Below are positions 30,401-45,813 of a DNA stretch of 64,000 nucleotides, piece by piece. Within the stretch, counting starts at the first letter, position 1; every line of letters starts with the position of its first letter. A program made the position numbers and the translations under genes. This stretch comes from Eledone cirrhosa (Eukaryota), in contig OZ024740.1 in the NCBI GenBank assembly GCA_964016885.1, positions 33,232,001-33,296,000 of the forward strand, in the 5' to 3' direction. The notes beneath the pieces were generated by a model. That model did not search any database and had not been told where the DNA came from. It was given only the letters and a program-made list of their open reading frames with translations.

Positions 30401-31900
30401 ATTCTAGATAGAATGTATTCATCTATATTTTCTAGATAGAAAGTGACCATCTATATATTCTAGATAGAAAGTGACCATCTATATATTCTAGATAGAAAGT
30501 GACCATCTTTATATTTTAGATAAAAAGTGTTCATCTATATATTCTAGATAGAAAGTGACCATCTATACATTCTAGATAGAGAGTGTTCATCTATATATTC
30601 TAGATAGATAGTGTTCATCTATATATTCTAGATAGAAAGTGACCATCTATATATTCTAGATAGAAAGTGACCATCTATATATTCTAGATAGAAAGTGACC
30701 ATGTATATATTCTAGATAGAAAGTTACCATCTATATATTTTAGATTGAAAATGACCATCTATATATATATTCTAGATAGAAAGTGTTCATATATATATTC
30801 TAGATAGAAAGTGTTCATCTATATATCCCAGATAGAAAGTGTTCATCTATATATTCTACATAGAAAGTGTTCATCTATATATTTTAGATAGAAAGTGTTT
30901 ATTTATATATTCTAGATAGAAAGTGTTCATCTATATATTCCAGATAGAAAGTGTTCATCTATATATTCTAGATAGAAAGTGACCATCTATATATTCTAGA
31001 TAGAAAGTGTTCATCTATTTATTCTAGATAGAAAATGACAATCTATATATTTCAGATAGAATGTGACCATCTATATATTTTAAATAGAAAATGACCATCT
31101 ATATATTCTAGATAGAAAGTGACCATCTATATATTTTAGATAGAAAGTGACCATCTATATATTTTAGACAGAAAGTGTTCATCTATATATTCTAGATAGA
31201 AAGTGTTCATCTATATATTCTAGATAGAAAGTGACCATCTATATATTCCAGATAGAAAGTGTTCATCTATATATTCTAGATAGAAAGTGTTCATCTATAT
31301 ATTCTACATAGAAAGTGTTCATCTATATATTTTAGATAGAAAGTGTTTATTTATATATTCTAGATAGAAAGTGTTCATCTATATATTCTAGATAGAAAGT
31401 GACCATCTATATATTCTAGATAGAATGTATTCATCTATATTTTCTAGATAGAAAGTGACCATCTATATATTCTATATAGAAAGTGACCATTTATATATTT
31501 TAGATAGAAAGTGTTCATTTATATATTCTAGATAGAAAATGACCATCTATATATTTTAGATAGAAAGTGACCATCTATATATTTTAGACAGAAAGTGTTC
31601 ATCTATATATTCTAGATAGAAAGTGACCATCCATATAATCTAGATAGAAAGTTTTCATATATATATTCTAGATAGAAAGTGACCATCTATATATTCCAGA
31701 TAGAAAGTGTTCATCTATATATTCTAGATAGAAAGTGTTCATCTATATATTCTACATAGAAAGTGTTCATCTATATATTTTAGATAGAAAGTGTTTATTT
31801 ATATATTCTAGATAGAAAGTGTTCATCTATATATTCTAGATAGAAAGTGACCATCTATATATTCTACATAGAATGTATTCATCTATATTTTCTAGATAGA
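27500..31900. repeat. Tandem block duplication, period about 2245 bp (boundaries approximate)
   Basis: AGATAGTGTT 28361/30606 and AAGTTACC 28476/30721 are both +2245. TCTATTTATT 28771/31014 is +2243, explained by an extra TA near 28545 in the first copy. Confidence 0.85.
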
Positions 31901-34900
31901 AAGTGACCATCTATATATTCTAGATAGAAAGTGTTCATCTATATATTCTAGATAGAAAGTGACTATCTATATATTCTAGATAGAAAATGACAATCTATAT
32001 ATTTCAGATAGAATGTGACCATCTATATATTTTAAATAGGAAAATGACCATCTATATATTCTAGATAGAAAGTGACCATCTATATATTTTAGATAGAAAG
32101 TGACCATCTATATATTTTAGACAGAAAGTGTTCATCTATATATTCTAGATAGAAAGTGTTCATCTATATATTCTAGATTGAAAGTGACCATCTATATATT
32201 CCAGATAGAAAGTGTTCATCTATATATCCCAGATAGAAAGTGTTCATCTATATATTCTACATAGAAAGTGTTCATCTATATATTTTAGATAGAAAGTGTT
32301 TATTTATATATTCTAGATAGAAAGTGTTCATCTATATATTCCAGATAGAAAGTGTTCATCTATAAATTCTAGATAGAAAGTGACCATCTATATATTCTAG
32401 ATAGAAAGTGTTCATCTATATATTCTAGATAGAAAGTGACTATCTATATATTCTAGATAGAAAATGACAATCTATATATTTCAGATAGAATGTGACCATC
32501 TATATATTTTAAATAGAAAATGACCATCTATATATTCTAGATAGAATGTGACCATCTATATATTTTAGATAGAAAGTGACCATCTATATATTTTAGACAG
32601 AAAGTGTTCATCTATATATTCTAGATAGAAAGTGTTCATCTATATATTCTAGATAGAAAGTGACCATCTATATATTCCAGATAGAAAGTGTTCATCTATA
32701 TATTCTAGATAGAAAGTGTTCATCTATATATTCTACATAGAAAGTGTTCATCTATATATTTTAGATAGAAAGTGTTTATTTATATATTCTAGATAGAAAG
32801 TGTTCATCTATATATTCTAGATAGAAAGTGACCATCTATATATTCTAGATAGAATGTATTCATCTATAATTTCTAGATAGAAAGTGACCATCTATATATT
32901 CTAGATAGAAAGTGTTCATCTATATATTCTAGATAGAAAGTGACTATCTATATATTCTAGATAGAAAATGACAATCTATATATTTCAGATAGAATGTGAC
33001 CATCTATATATTTTAAATAGAAAATGACCATCTATATATTCTAGATAGAAAGTGACCATCTATATATTTTAGATAGAAAGTGACCATCTATATATTTTAG
33101 ACAGAAAGTGTTCATCTATATATTCTAGATAGAAAGTGTTCATCTATATATTCTAGATAGAAAGTGACCATCTATATATTCCAGATAGAAAGTGTTCATC
33201 TATATATTCTAGATAGAAAGTGTTCATCTATATATTCTACATAGAAAGTGTTCATCTATATACTTTAGATAGAAAGTGTTTATTTATATATTCTAGATAG
33301 AAAGTGTTCATCTATATATTCTAGATAGAAAGTGACCATCTATATATTCTAGATAGAATGTATTCATCTATATTTTCTAGATAGAAAGTGACCATCTATA
33401 TATTCTAGATAGAAAGTGACCATCTATATATTCTATATAGAAAGTGACCATTTATATATTTTAGATAGAAAGTGTTCATCTATATATTCCAGATAGAAAG
33501 TGTTCATCTATATAATCTAGATAGAAAGTGTTCATCTATATAATCTAGATAGAAAGTGTTCATCTATATATTCTACATAGAAAGTGTTCATCTATATATT
33601 TTAGATAGAAAGTGTTTATTTATATATTCTAGATAGAAAGTGTTCATCTATATATTTGAGATAGAAAGTGACCATCTATATGTTCTATATAGAAAGTGAC
33701 ATCTATATATTTTAGATAGAAAGTGACCATCTATATATTTTAGACAGAAAGTGTTCATCTATATATTCTAGATAGAAAGTGACCATCTATATATTCTAGA
33801 TAGAAAATGACAATCTATATATTTCAGATAGAATGTGACCATCTATATATTTTAAATAGAAAATGACCATCTATATATTCTAGATAGAAAGTGACCATCT
33901 ATATATTTTAGATAGAAAGTGACCATCTATATATTTTAGACAGAAAGTGTTCATCTATATATTCTAGATAGAAAGTGTTCATCTATATATTCTAGATAGA
34001 AAGTGACCATCTATATATTCTAGATAGAATGTATTCATCTATATTTTCTAGATAGAAAGTGACCATCTATATATTCTAGATAGAAAGTGACCATCTATAT
34101 ATTCTAGATAGAAAGTGACCATCTTTATATTTTAGATAAAAAGTGTTCATCTATATATTCTAGATAGAAAGTGACCATCTATACATTCTAGATAGAGAGT
34201 GTTCATCTATATATTCTAGATAGAAAGTGTTCATCTATATATTCCAGATAGAAAGTGTTCATCTATATATTCTAGATAGAAAGTGACCATCTATATATTC
34301 TAGATAGAAAGTGACCATCTATATATTCTAGATAGAAAGTGACCATGTATATATTCTAGATAGAAAGTAACCATCTATATATTTTAGATTGAAAATGACC
34401 ATCTATATATATATTCTAGATAGAAAGTGTTCATATATATATTATAGATAGAAAGTGTTCATCTATATATTCTAGATAGAAAGTGACCATCTATATATTC
34501 TAGATAGAAAGTGTTCATCTATATATTCTAGATAGAAAGTGACTATCTATATATTCTAGATAGAAAATGACAATCTATATATTTCAGATAGAATGTGACC
34601 ATCTATATATTTTAAATAGAAAATGACCATCTATATATTCTAGATAGAAAGTGACCATCTATATATTTTAGATAGAAAGTGACCATCTATATATTTTAGA
34701 CAGAAAGTGTTCATCTATATATTCTAGATAGAAAGTGTTCATCTATATATTCTAGATAGAAAGTGACCATCTATATATTCTAGATAGAAAATGACCATCT
34801 ATATATTTTAGATAGAAAGTGTTCATCTATATATTCTAGATAGAAAGTGACCATCTATATATTCTAGATAGAAAGTGTTCATCTATATATTTTAGATAGA

Positions 34901-37229
34901 AAGTGACTATCTATATATTCTAGATAGAAAATGACAATCTATATATTTCAGATAGAATGTGACCATCTATATATTTTAAATAGAAAATGACCATCTATAT
35001 ATTCTACATAGAAAGTGACCATCTATATATTTTAGATAGAAAGTGACCATCTATATATTTTAGACAGAAAGTGTTCATCTATATATTCTAGATAGAAAGT
35101 GTTCATCTATATATTCTAGATAGAAAGTGACCATCTATATATTCCAGATAGAAAGTGTTCATCTATATATTCTAGATAGAAAGTGTTCATCTATATATTC
35201 TACATAGAAAGTGTTCATCTATATATTTTAGATAGAAAGTGTTTATTCATATATTCTAGATAGAAAGTGTTCATCTATATATTCTAGATAGAAAGTGACC
35301 ATCTATATATTCTAGATAGAATGTATTCATCTATATTTTCTAGATAGAAAGTGACCATCTATATATTCTAGATAGAAAGTGTTCATCTATATATTCTAGA
35401 TAGAAAGTGACTATCTATATATTCTAGATAGAAAATGACAATCTATATATTTCAGATAGAATGTGACCATCTATATATTTTAAATAGAAAATGACCATCT
35501 ATATATTCTAGATAGAAAGTGACCATCTATATATTCTAGATAGAAAGTGACCATCTTTATATTTTAGATAAAAAGTGTTCATCTATATATTCTAGATAGA
35601 AAGTGACCATCTATACATTCTAGATAGAGAGTGTTCATCTATATATTCTAGATAGAAAGTGTTCATCTATATATTCCAGATAGAAAGTGTTCATCTATAT
35701 ATTCTAGATAGAAAGTGACCATCTATATATTCTAGATAGAAAGTGACCATCTATATATTCTAGATAGAAAGTGACCATGTATATATTCTAGATAGAAAGT
35801 AACCATCTATATATTTTAGATTGAAAATGACCATCTATATATATATTCTAGATAGAAAGTGTTCATATATATATTCTAGATAGAAAGTGTTCATCTATAT
35901 ATTCTAGATAGAAAGTGACCATCTATATATTCTAGATAGAAAGTGTTCATCTATATATTCTAGATAGAAAGTGACTATCTATATATTCTAGATAGAAAAT
36001 GACAATCTATATATTTCAGATAGAATGTGACCATCTATATATTTTAAATAGAAAATGACCATCTATATATTCTAGATAGAAAGTGACCATCTATATATTT
36101 TAGATAGAAAGTGACCATCTATATATTTTAGACAGAAAGTGTTCATCTATATATTCTAGATAGAAAGTGTTCATCTATATATTCTAGATAGAAAGTGACC
36201 ATCTATATATTCCAGATAGAAAGTGTTCATCTATATATCCCAGATAGAAAGTGTTCATCTATATATTCTACATAGAAAGTGTTCATCTATATATTTTAGA
36301 TAGAAAGTGTTTATTTATATATTCTAGATAGAAAGTGTTCATCTATATATTCCAGATAGAAAGTGTTCATCTATATATTCTAGATAGAAAGTGACCATCT
36401 ATATATTCTAGATAGAAAGTGTTCATCTATATATTCTAGATAGAAAGTGACTATCTATATATTCTAGATAGAAAATGACAATCTATATATTTCAGATAGA
36501 ATGTGACCATCTATATATTTTAAATAGAAAATGACCATCTATATATTCTAGATAGAAAGTGTTCATCTATATATTCTAGATAGAAAGTGACCATCTATAT
36601 ATTCCAGATAGAAAGTGTTCATCTATATATTCTAGATAGAAAGTGTTCATCTATATATTCTACATAGAAAGTGTTCATCTATATATTTTAGATAGAAAGT
36701 GTTTATTTATATATTCTAGATAGAAAGTGTTCATCTATATATTCTAGATAGAAAGTGACCATCTATATATTCTAGATAGAATGTATTCATCTATATTTTC
36801 TAGATAGAAAGTGACCATCTATATATTCTAGATAGAAAGTGTTCATCTATATATTCTAGATAGAAAGTGACTATCTATATATTCTAGATAGAAAATGACA
36901 ATCTATATATTTCAGATAGAATGTGACCATCTATATATTTTAAATAGAAAATGACCATCTATATATTCTAGATAGAAAGTGACCATCTATATATTTTAGA
37001 TAGAAAGTGACCATCTATATATTTTAGACAGAAAGTGTTCATCTATATATTCTAGATAGAAAGTGTTCATCTATATATTCTAGATAGAAAGTGACCATCT
37101 ATATATTCCAGATAGAAAGTGTTCATCTATATATTCTAGATAGAAAGTGTTCATCTATATATTCTACATAGAAAGTGTTCATCTATATATTTTAGATAGA
37201 AAGTGTTTATTTATATATTCTAGATAGAA

Positions 37230-40200
37230 AGTGTTCATCTATATATTCTAGATAGAAAGTGACCATCTATATATTCTAGATAGAATGTATTCATCTATAT
37301 TTTCTAGATAGAAAGTGACCATCTATATATTCTCGATAGAAAGTGACCATCTATATATTCTAGATAGAAAGTGACCATCTTTATATTTTAGATAAAAAGT
37401 GTTCATCTATATATTCTAGATAGAAAGTGACCATCTATACATTCTAGATAGAGAGTGTTCATCTATATATTCTAGATAGAAAGTGTTCATCTATATATTC
37501 CAGATAGAAAGTGTTCATCTATATATTTTGGATAGAAAGTGACCATCTATATATTCTAGATAGAAAGTGACCATCTATATATTCTAGATAGAAAGTGACC
37601 ATTTATATATTCTAGATAGAAAGTAACCATCTATATATTTTAGATTGAAAATGACCATCTATATATATATTCTAGATAGAAAGTGTTCATATATATGTTC
37701 TAGATAGAAAGTGTTCATCTATATATTCTAGATAGAAAGTGACCATCTATATATTCTAGATAGAAAGTGTTCATCTATATATTCTAGATAGAAAGTGACT
37801 ATCTATATATTCTAGATAGAAAATGACAATCTATATATTTCAGATAGAATGTGACCATCTATATATTTTAAATAGAAAATGACCATCTATATATTCTAGA
37901 TAGAAAGTGACCATCTATATATTTTAGATAGAAAGTGACCATCTATATATTTTAGACAGAAAGTGTTCATCTATATATTCTAGATAGAAAGTGTTCATCT
38001 ATATATTCTAGATAGAAAGTGACCATCTATATATTCTAGATAGAAAATGACCATCTATATATTTTAGATAGAAAGTGTTCATCTATATATTCTAGATAGA
38101 AAGTGACCATCTATATATTCTAGATAGAAAGTGTTCATCTATATATTCTAGATAGAAAGTGACTATCTATATATTCTAGATAGAAAATGACAATCTATAT
38201 ATTTCAGATAGAATGTGACCATCTATATATTTTAAATAGAAAATGACCATCTATATATTCTACATAGAAAGTGACCATCTATATATTTTAGATAGAAAGT
38301 GACCATCTATATATTTTAGACAGAAAGTGTTCATCTATATATTCTAGATAGAAAGTGTTCATCTATATATTCTAGATAGAAAGTGACCATCTATATATTC
38401 CAGATAGAAAGTGTTCATCTATATATTCTAGATAGAAAGTGTTCATCTATATATTCTACATAGAAAGTGTTCATCTATATATTTTAGATAGAAAGTGTTT
38501 ATTTATATATTCTAGATAGAAAGTGTTCATCTATATATTCTAGATAGAAAGTGACCATCTATATATTCTAGATAGAATGTATTCATCTATATTTTCTAGA
38601 TAGAAAGTGACCATCTATATATTCTAGATAGAAAGTGTTCATCTATATATTCTAGATAGAAAGTGACTATCTATATATTCTAGATAGAAAATGACAATCT
38701 ATATATTTCAGATAGAATGTGACCATCTATATATTTTAAATAGAAAATGACCATCTATATATTCTAGATAGAAAGTGACCATCTATATATTCTAGATAGA
38801 AAGTGACCATCTTTATATTTTAGATAAAAAGTGTTCATCTATATATTCTAGATAGAAAGTGACCATCTATACATTCTAGATAGAGAGTGTTCATCTATAT
38901 ATTCTAGATAGAAAGTGTTCATCTATATATTCTAGATAGAAAGTGACCATCTATATATTCTAGATAGAAAGTGACCATCTATATATTCTAGATAGAAAGT
39001 GACCATGTATATATTCTAGATAGAAAGTAACCATCTATATATTTTAGATCGAAAATGACCATCTATATATATATTCTAGATAGAAAGTGTTCATATATAT
39101 ATTCTAGATAGAAAGTGTTCAGCTATATATTCTAGATAGAAAGTGACCATCTATATATTCTAGATAGAAAGTGTTCATCTATATATTCTAGATAGAAAGT
39201 GACTATCTATATATTCTAGATAGAAAATGACAATCTATATATTTCAGATAGAATGTGACCATCTATATATTTTAAATAGAAAATGACCATCTATATATTC
39301 TAGATAGAAAGTGACCATCTATATATTTTAGATAGAAAGTGACCATCTATATATTTTAGACAGAAAGTGTTCATCTATATATTCTAGATAGAAAGTGTTC
39401 ATCTATATATTCTAGATAGAAAGTGACCATCTATATATTCCAGATAGAAAGTGTTCATCTATATATCCCAGATAGAAAGTGTTCATCTATATATTCTACA
39501 TAGAAAGTGTTCATCTATATATTTTAGATAGAAAGTGTTTATTTATATATTCTAGATAGAAAGTGTTCATCTATATATTCCAGATAGAAAGTGTTCATCT
39601 ATATATTCTAGATAGAAAGTGACCATCTATATATTCTAGATAGAAAGTGTTCATCTATATATTCTAGATAGAAAGTGACTATCTATATATTCTAGATAGA
39701 AAATGACAATCTATATATTTCAGATAGAATGTGACCATCTATATATTTTAAATAGAAAATGACCATCTATATATTCTAGATAGAAAGTGTTCATCTATAT
39801 ATTCTAGATAGAAAGTGACCATCTATATATTCCAGATAGAAAGTGTTCATCTATATATTCTAGATAGAAAGTGTTCATCTATATATTCTACATAGAAAGT
39901 GTTCATCTATATATTTTAGATAGAAAGTGTTTATTTATATATTCTAGATAGAAAGTGTTCATCTATATATTCTAGATAGAAAGTGACCATCTATATATTC
40001 TAGATAGAATGTATTCATCTATATTTTCTAGATGGAAAGTGACCATCTATATATTCTAGATAGAAAGTGTTCATCTATATATTCTAGATAGAAAGTGACT
40101 ATCTATATATTCTAGATAGAAAATGACAATCTATATATTTCAGATAGAATGTGACCATCTATATATTTTAAATAGAAAATGACCATCTATATATTCTAGA

Positions 40201-43200
40201 TAGAAAGTGACCATCTATATATTTTAGATAGAAAGTGACCATCTATATATTTTAGACAGAAAGTGTTCATCTATATATTCTAGATAGAAAGTGTTCATCT
40301 ATATATTCTAGATAGAAAGTGACCATCTATATATTCCAGATAGAAAGTGTTCATCTATATATTCTAGATAGAAAGTGTTCATCTATATATTCTACATAGA
40401 AAGTGTTCATCTATATATTTTAGATAGAAAGTGTTTATTTATATATTCTAGATAGAAAGTGTTCATCTATATATTCTAGATAGAAAGTGACCATCTATAT
40501 ATTCTAGATAGAATGTATTCATCTATATTTTCTAGATAGAAAGTGACCATCTATATATTCTAGATAGAAAGTGACCATCTATATATTCTAGATAGAAAGT
40601 GACCATCTTTATATTTTAGATAAAAAGTGTTCATCTATATATTCTAGATAGAAAGTGACCATCTATACATTCTAGATAGAGAGTGTTCATCTATATATTC
40701 TAGATAGAAAGTGTTCATCTATATATTCCAGATAGAAAGTGTTCATCTATATATTCTACATAGAAAGTGTTCATCTATATATTTTAGATAGAAAGTGTTT
40801 ATTTATATATTCTAGATAGAAAGTGTTCATCTATATATTCTAGATAGAAAGTGACCATCTATATATTCTAGATAGAATGTATTCATCTATATTTTCTAGA
40901 TAGAAAGTGACCATCTATATATTCTAGATAGAAAGTGTTCATCTATATATTCTAGATAGAAAGTGACTATCTATATATTCTAGATAGAAAATGACAATCT
41001 ATATATTTCAGATAGAATGTGACCATCTATATATTTTAAATAGAAAATGACCATCTATATATTCTAGATAGAAAGTGACCATCTATATATTTTAGATAGA
41101 AAGTGACCATCTATATATTTTAGACAGAAAGTGTTCATCTATATATTCTAGATAGAAAGTGTTCATCTATATATTCTAGATAGAAAGTGACCATCTATAT
41201 ATTCCAGATAGAAAGTGTTCATCTATATATTCTAGATAGAAAGTGTTCATCTATATATTCTACATAGAAAGTGTTCATCTATATATTTTAGATAGAAAGT
41301 GTTTATTTATATATTCTAGATAGAAAGTGTTCATCTATATATTCTAGATAGAAAGTGACCATCTATATATTCTAGATAGAATGTATTCATCTATATTTTC
41401 TAGATAGAAAGTGACCATCTATATATTCTAGATAGAAAGTGACCATCTATATATTCTAGATAGAAAGTGACCATCTTTATATTTTAGATAAAAAGTGTTC
41501 ATCTATATATTCTAGATAGAAAGTGACCATCTATACATTCTAGATAGAGAGTGTTCATCTATATATTCTAGATAGAAAGTGACCATCTATATATTCTAGA
41601 TAGAATGTATTCATCTATATTTTCTAGATAGAAAGTGACCATCTATATATTCTCGATAGAAAGTGACCATCTATATATTCTAGATAGAAAGTGACCATCT
41701 TTATATTTTAGATAAAAAGTGTTCATCTATATATTCTAGATAGAAAGTGACCATCTATACATTCTAGATAGAGAGTGTTCATCTATATATTCTAGATAGA
41801 AAGTGTTCATCTATATATTCCAGATAGAAAGTGTTCATCTATATATTTTGGATAGAAAGTGACCATCTATATATTCTAGATAGAAAGTGACCATCTATAT
41901 ATTCTAGATAGAAAGTGACCATTTATATATTCTAGATAGAAAGTAACCATCTATATATTTTAGATTGAAAATGACCATCTATATATATATTCTAGATAGA
42001 AAGTGTTCATATATATGTTCTAGATAGAAAGTGTTCATCTATATATTCTAGATAGAAAGTGACCATCTATATATTCTAGATAGAAAGTGTTCATCTATAT
42101 ATTCTAGATAGAAAGTGACTATCTATATATTCTAGATAGAAAATGACAATCTATATATTTCAGATAGAATGTGACCATCTATATATTTTAAATAGAAAAT
42201 GACCATCTATATATTCTAGATAGAAAGTGACCATCTATATATTTTAGATAGAAAGTGACCATCTATATATTTTAGACAGAAAGTGTTCATCTATATATTC
42301 TAGATAGAAAGTGTTCATCTATATATTCTAGATAGAAAGTGACCATCTATATATTCTAGATAGAAAATGACCATCTATATATTTTAGATAGAAAGTGTTC
42401 ATCTATATATTCTAGATAGAAAGTGACCATCTATATATTCTAGATAGAAAGTGTTCATCTATATATTCTAGATAGAAAGTGACTATCTATATATTCTAGA
42501 TAGAAAATGACAATCTATATATTTCAGATAGAATGTGACCATCTATATATTTTAAATAGAAAATGACCATCTATATATTCTACATAGAAAGTGACCATCT
42601 ATATATTTTAGATAGAAAGTGACCATCTATATATTTTAGACAGAAAGTGTTCATCTATATATTCTAGATAGAAAGTGTTCATCTATATATTCTAGATAGA
42701 AAGTGACCATCTATATATTCCAGATAGAAAGTGTTCATCTATATATTCTAGATAGAAAGTGTTCATCTATATATTCTACATAGAAAGTGTTCATCTATAT
42801 ATTTTAGATAGAAAGTGTTTATTTATATATTCTAGATAGAAAGTGTTCATCTATATATTCTAGATAGAAAGTGACCATCTATATATTCTAGATAGAATGT
42901 ATTCATCTATATTTTCTAGATAGAAAGTGACCATCTATATATTCTAGATAGAAAGTGTTCATCTATATATTCTAGATAGAAAGTGACTATCTATATATTC
43001 TAGATAGAAAATGACAATCTATATATTTCAGATAGAATGTGACCATCTATATATTTTAAATAGAAAATGACCATCTATATATTCTAGATAGAAAGTGACC
43101 ATCTATATATTCTAGATAGAAAGTGACCATCTTTATATTTTAGATAAAAAGTGTTCATCTATATATTCTAGATAGAAAGTGACCATCTATACATTCTAGA

Positions 43201-45813
43201 TAGAGAGTGTTCATCTATATATTCTAGATAGAAAGTGTTCATCTATATATTCTAGATAGAAAGTGACCATCTATATATTCTAGATAGAAAGTGACCATCT
43301 ATATATTCTAGATAGAAAGTGACCATGTATATATTCTAGATAGAAAGTAACCATCTATATATTTTAGATCGAAAATGACCATCTATATATATATTCTAGA
43401 TAGAAAGTGTTCATATATATATTCTAGATAGAAAGTGTTCAGCTATATATTCTAGATAGAAAGTGACCATCTATATATTCTAGATAGAAAGTGTTCATCT
43501 ATATATTCTAGATAGAAAGTGACTATCTATATATTCTAGATAGAAAATGACAATCTATATATTTCAGATAGAATGTGACCATCTATATATTTTAAATAGA
43601 AAATGACCATCTATATATTCTAGATAGAAAGTGACCATCTATATATTTTAGATAGAAAGTGACCATCTATATATTTTAGACAGAAAGTGTTCATCTATAT
43701 ATTCTAGATAGAAAGTGTTCATCTATATATTCTAGATAGAAAGTGACCATCTATATATTCCAGATAGAAAGTGTTCATCTATATATCCCAGATAGAAAGT
43801 GTTCATCTATATATTCTACATAGAAAGTGTTCATCTATATATTTTAGATAGAAAGTGTTTATTTATATATTCTAGATAGAAAGTGTTCATCTATATATTC
43901 CAGATAGAAAGTGTTCATCTATATATTCTAGATAGAAAGTGACCATCTATATATTCTAGATAGAAAGTGTTCATCTATATATTCTAGATAGAAAGTGACT
44001 ATCTATATATTCTAGATAGAAAATGACAATCTATATATTTCAGATAGAATGTGACCATCTATATATTTTAAATAGAAAATGACCATCTATATATTCTAGA
44101 TAGAAAGTGTTCATCTATATATTCTAGATAGAAAGTGACCATCTATATATTCCAGATAGAAAGTGTTCATCTATATATTCTAGATAGAAAGTGTTCATCT
44201 ATATATTCTACATAGAAAGTGTTCATCTATATATTTTAGATAGAAAGTGTTTATTTATATATTCTAGATAGAAAGTGTTCATCTATATATTCTAGATAGA
44301 AAGTGACCATCTATATATTCTAGATAGAATGTATTCATCTATATTTTCTAGATAGAAAGTGACCATCTATATATTCTAGATAGAAAGTGTTCATCTATAT
44401 ATTCTAGATAGAAAGTGACTATCTATATATTCTAGATAGAAAATGACAATCTATATATTTCAGATAGAATGTGACCATCTATATATTTTAAATAGAAAAT
44501 GACCATCTATATATTCTAGATAGAAAGTGACCATCTATATATTTTAGATAGAAAGTGACCATCTATATATTTTAGACAGAAAGTGTTCATCTATATATTC
44601 TAGATAGAAAGTGTTCATCTATATATTCTAGATAGAAAGTGACCATCTATATATTCCAGATAGAAAGTGTTCATCTATATATTCTAGATAGAAAGTGTTC
44701 ATCTATATATTCTACATAGAAAGTGTTCATCTATATATTTTAGATAGAAAGTGTTTATTTATATATTCTAGATAGAAAGTGTTCATCTATATATTCTAGA
44801 TAGAAAGTGACCATCTATATATTCTAGATAGAATGTATTCATCTATATTTTCTAGATAGAAAGTGACCATCTATATATTCTAGATAGAAAGTGACCATCT
44901 ATATATTCTAGATAGAAAGTGACCATCTTTATATTTTAGATAAAAAGTGTTCATCTATATATTCTAGATAGAAAGTGACCATCTATACATTCTAGATAGA
45001 GAGTGTTCATCTATATATTCTAGATAGAAAGTGTTCATCTATATATTCCAGATAGAAAGTGTTCATCTATATATTCTACATAGAAAGTGTTCATCTATAT
45101 ATTTTAGATAGAAAGTGTTTATTTATATATTCTAGATAGAAAGTGTTCATCTATATATTCTAGATAGAAAGTGACCATCTATATATTCTAGATAGAATGT
45201 ATTCATCTATATTTTCTAGATAGAAAGTGACCATCTATATATTCTAGATAGAAAGTGTTCATCTATATATTCTAGATAGAAAGTGACTATCTATATATTC
45301 TAGATAGAAAATGACAATCTATATATTTCAGATAGAATGTGACCATCTATATATTTTAAATAGAAAATGACCATCTATATATTCTAGATAGAAAGTGACC
45401 ATCTATATATTTTAGATAGAAAGTGACCATCTATATATTTTAGACAGAAAGTGTTCATCTATATATTCTAGATAGAAAGTGTTCATCTATATATTCTAGA
45501 TAGAAAGTGACCATCTATATATTCCAGATAGAAAGTGTTCATCTATATATTCTAGATAGAAAGTGTTCATCTATATATTCTACATAGAAAGTGTTCATCT
45601 ATATATTTTAGATAGAAAGTGACCATCTATATATTCTAGATAGAATGTATTCATCTATATTTTCTAGATAGAAAGTGACCATCTATATATTCTAGATAGA
45701 AAGTGACCATCTATATATTCTAGATAGAAAGTGACCATCTTTATATTTTAGATAAAAAGTGTTCATCTATATATTCTAGATAGAAAGTGACCATCTATAC
45801 ATTCTAGATAGAG
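37230..45813. repeat. Near-perfect tandem block duplication, period 4320 bp (154 monomers)
   Basis: Five rare variants recur at exactly +4320: TCTCGATAG 37331/41651, TTTTGGATAG ~37526/41846, ATATATGTTC 37691/42011, TTTAGATCGAAAAT ~39043/43363 and TTCAGCTATA ~39118/43438. Confidence 0.93.

Noticed and set aside
32036-32045. Single-base insertion AATAGGAAAATG
   Set aside because: I saw it only once and it adjoins a homopolymer, so it cannot be distinguished from a consensus error.
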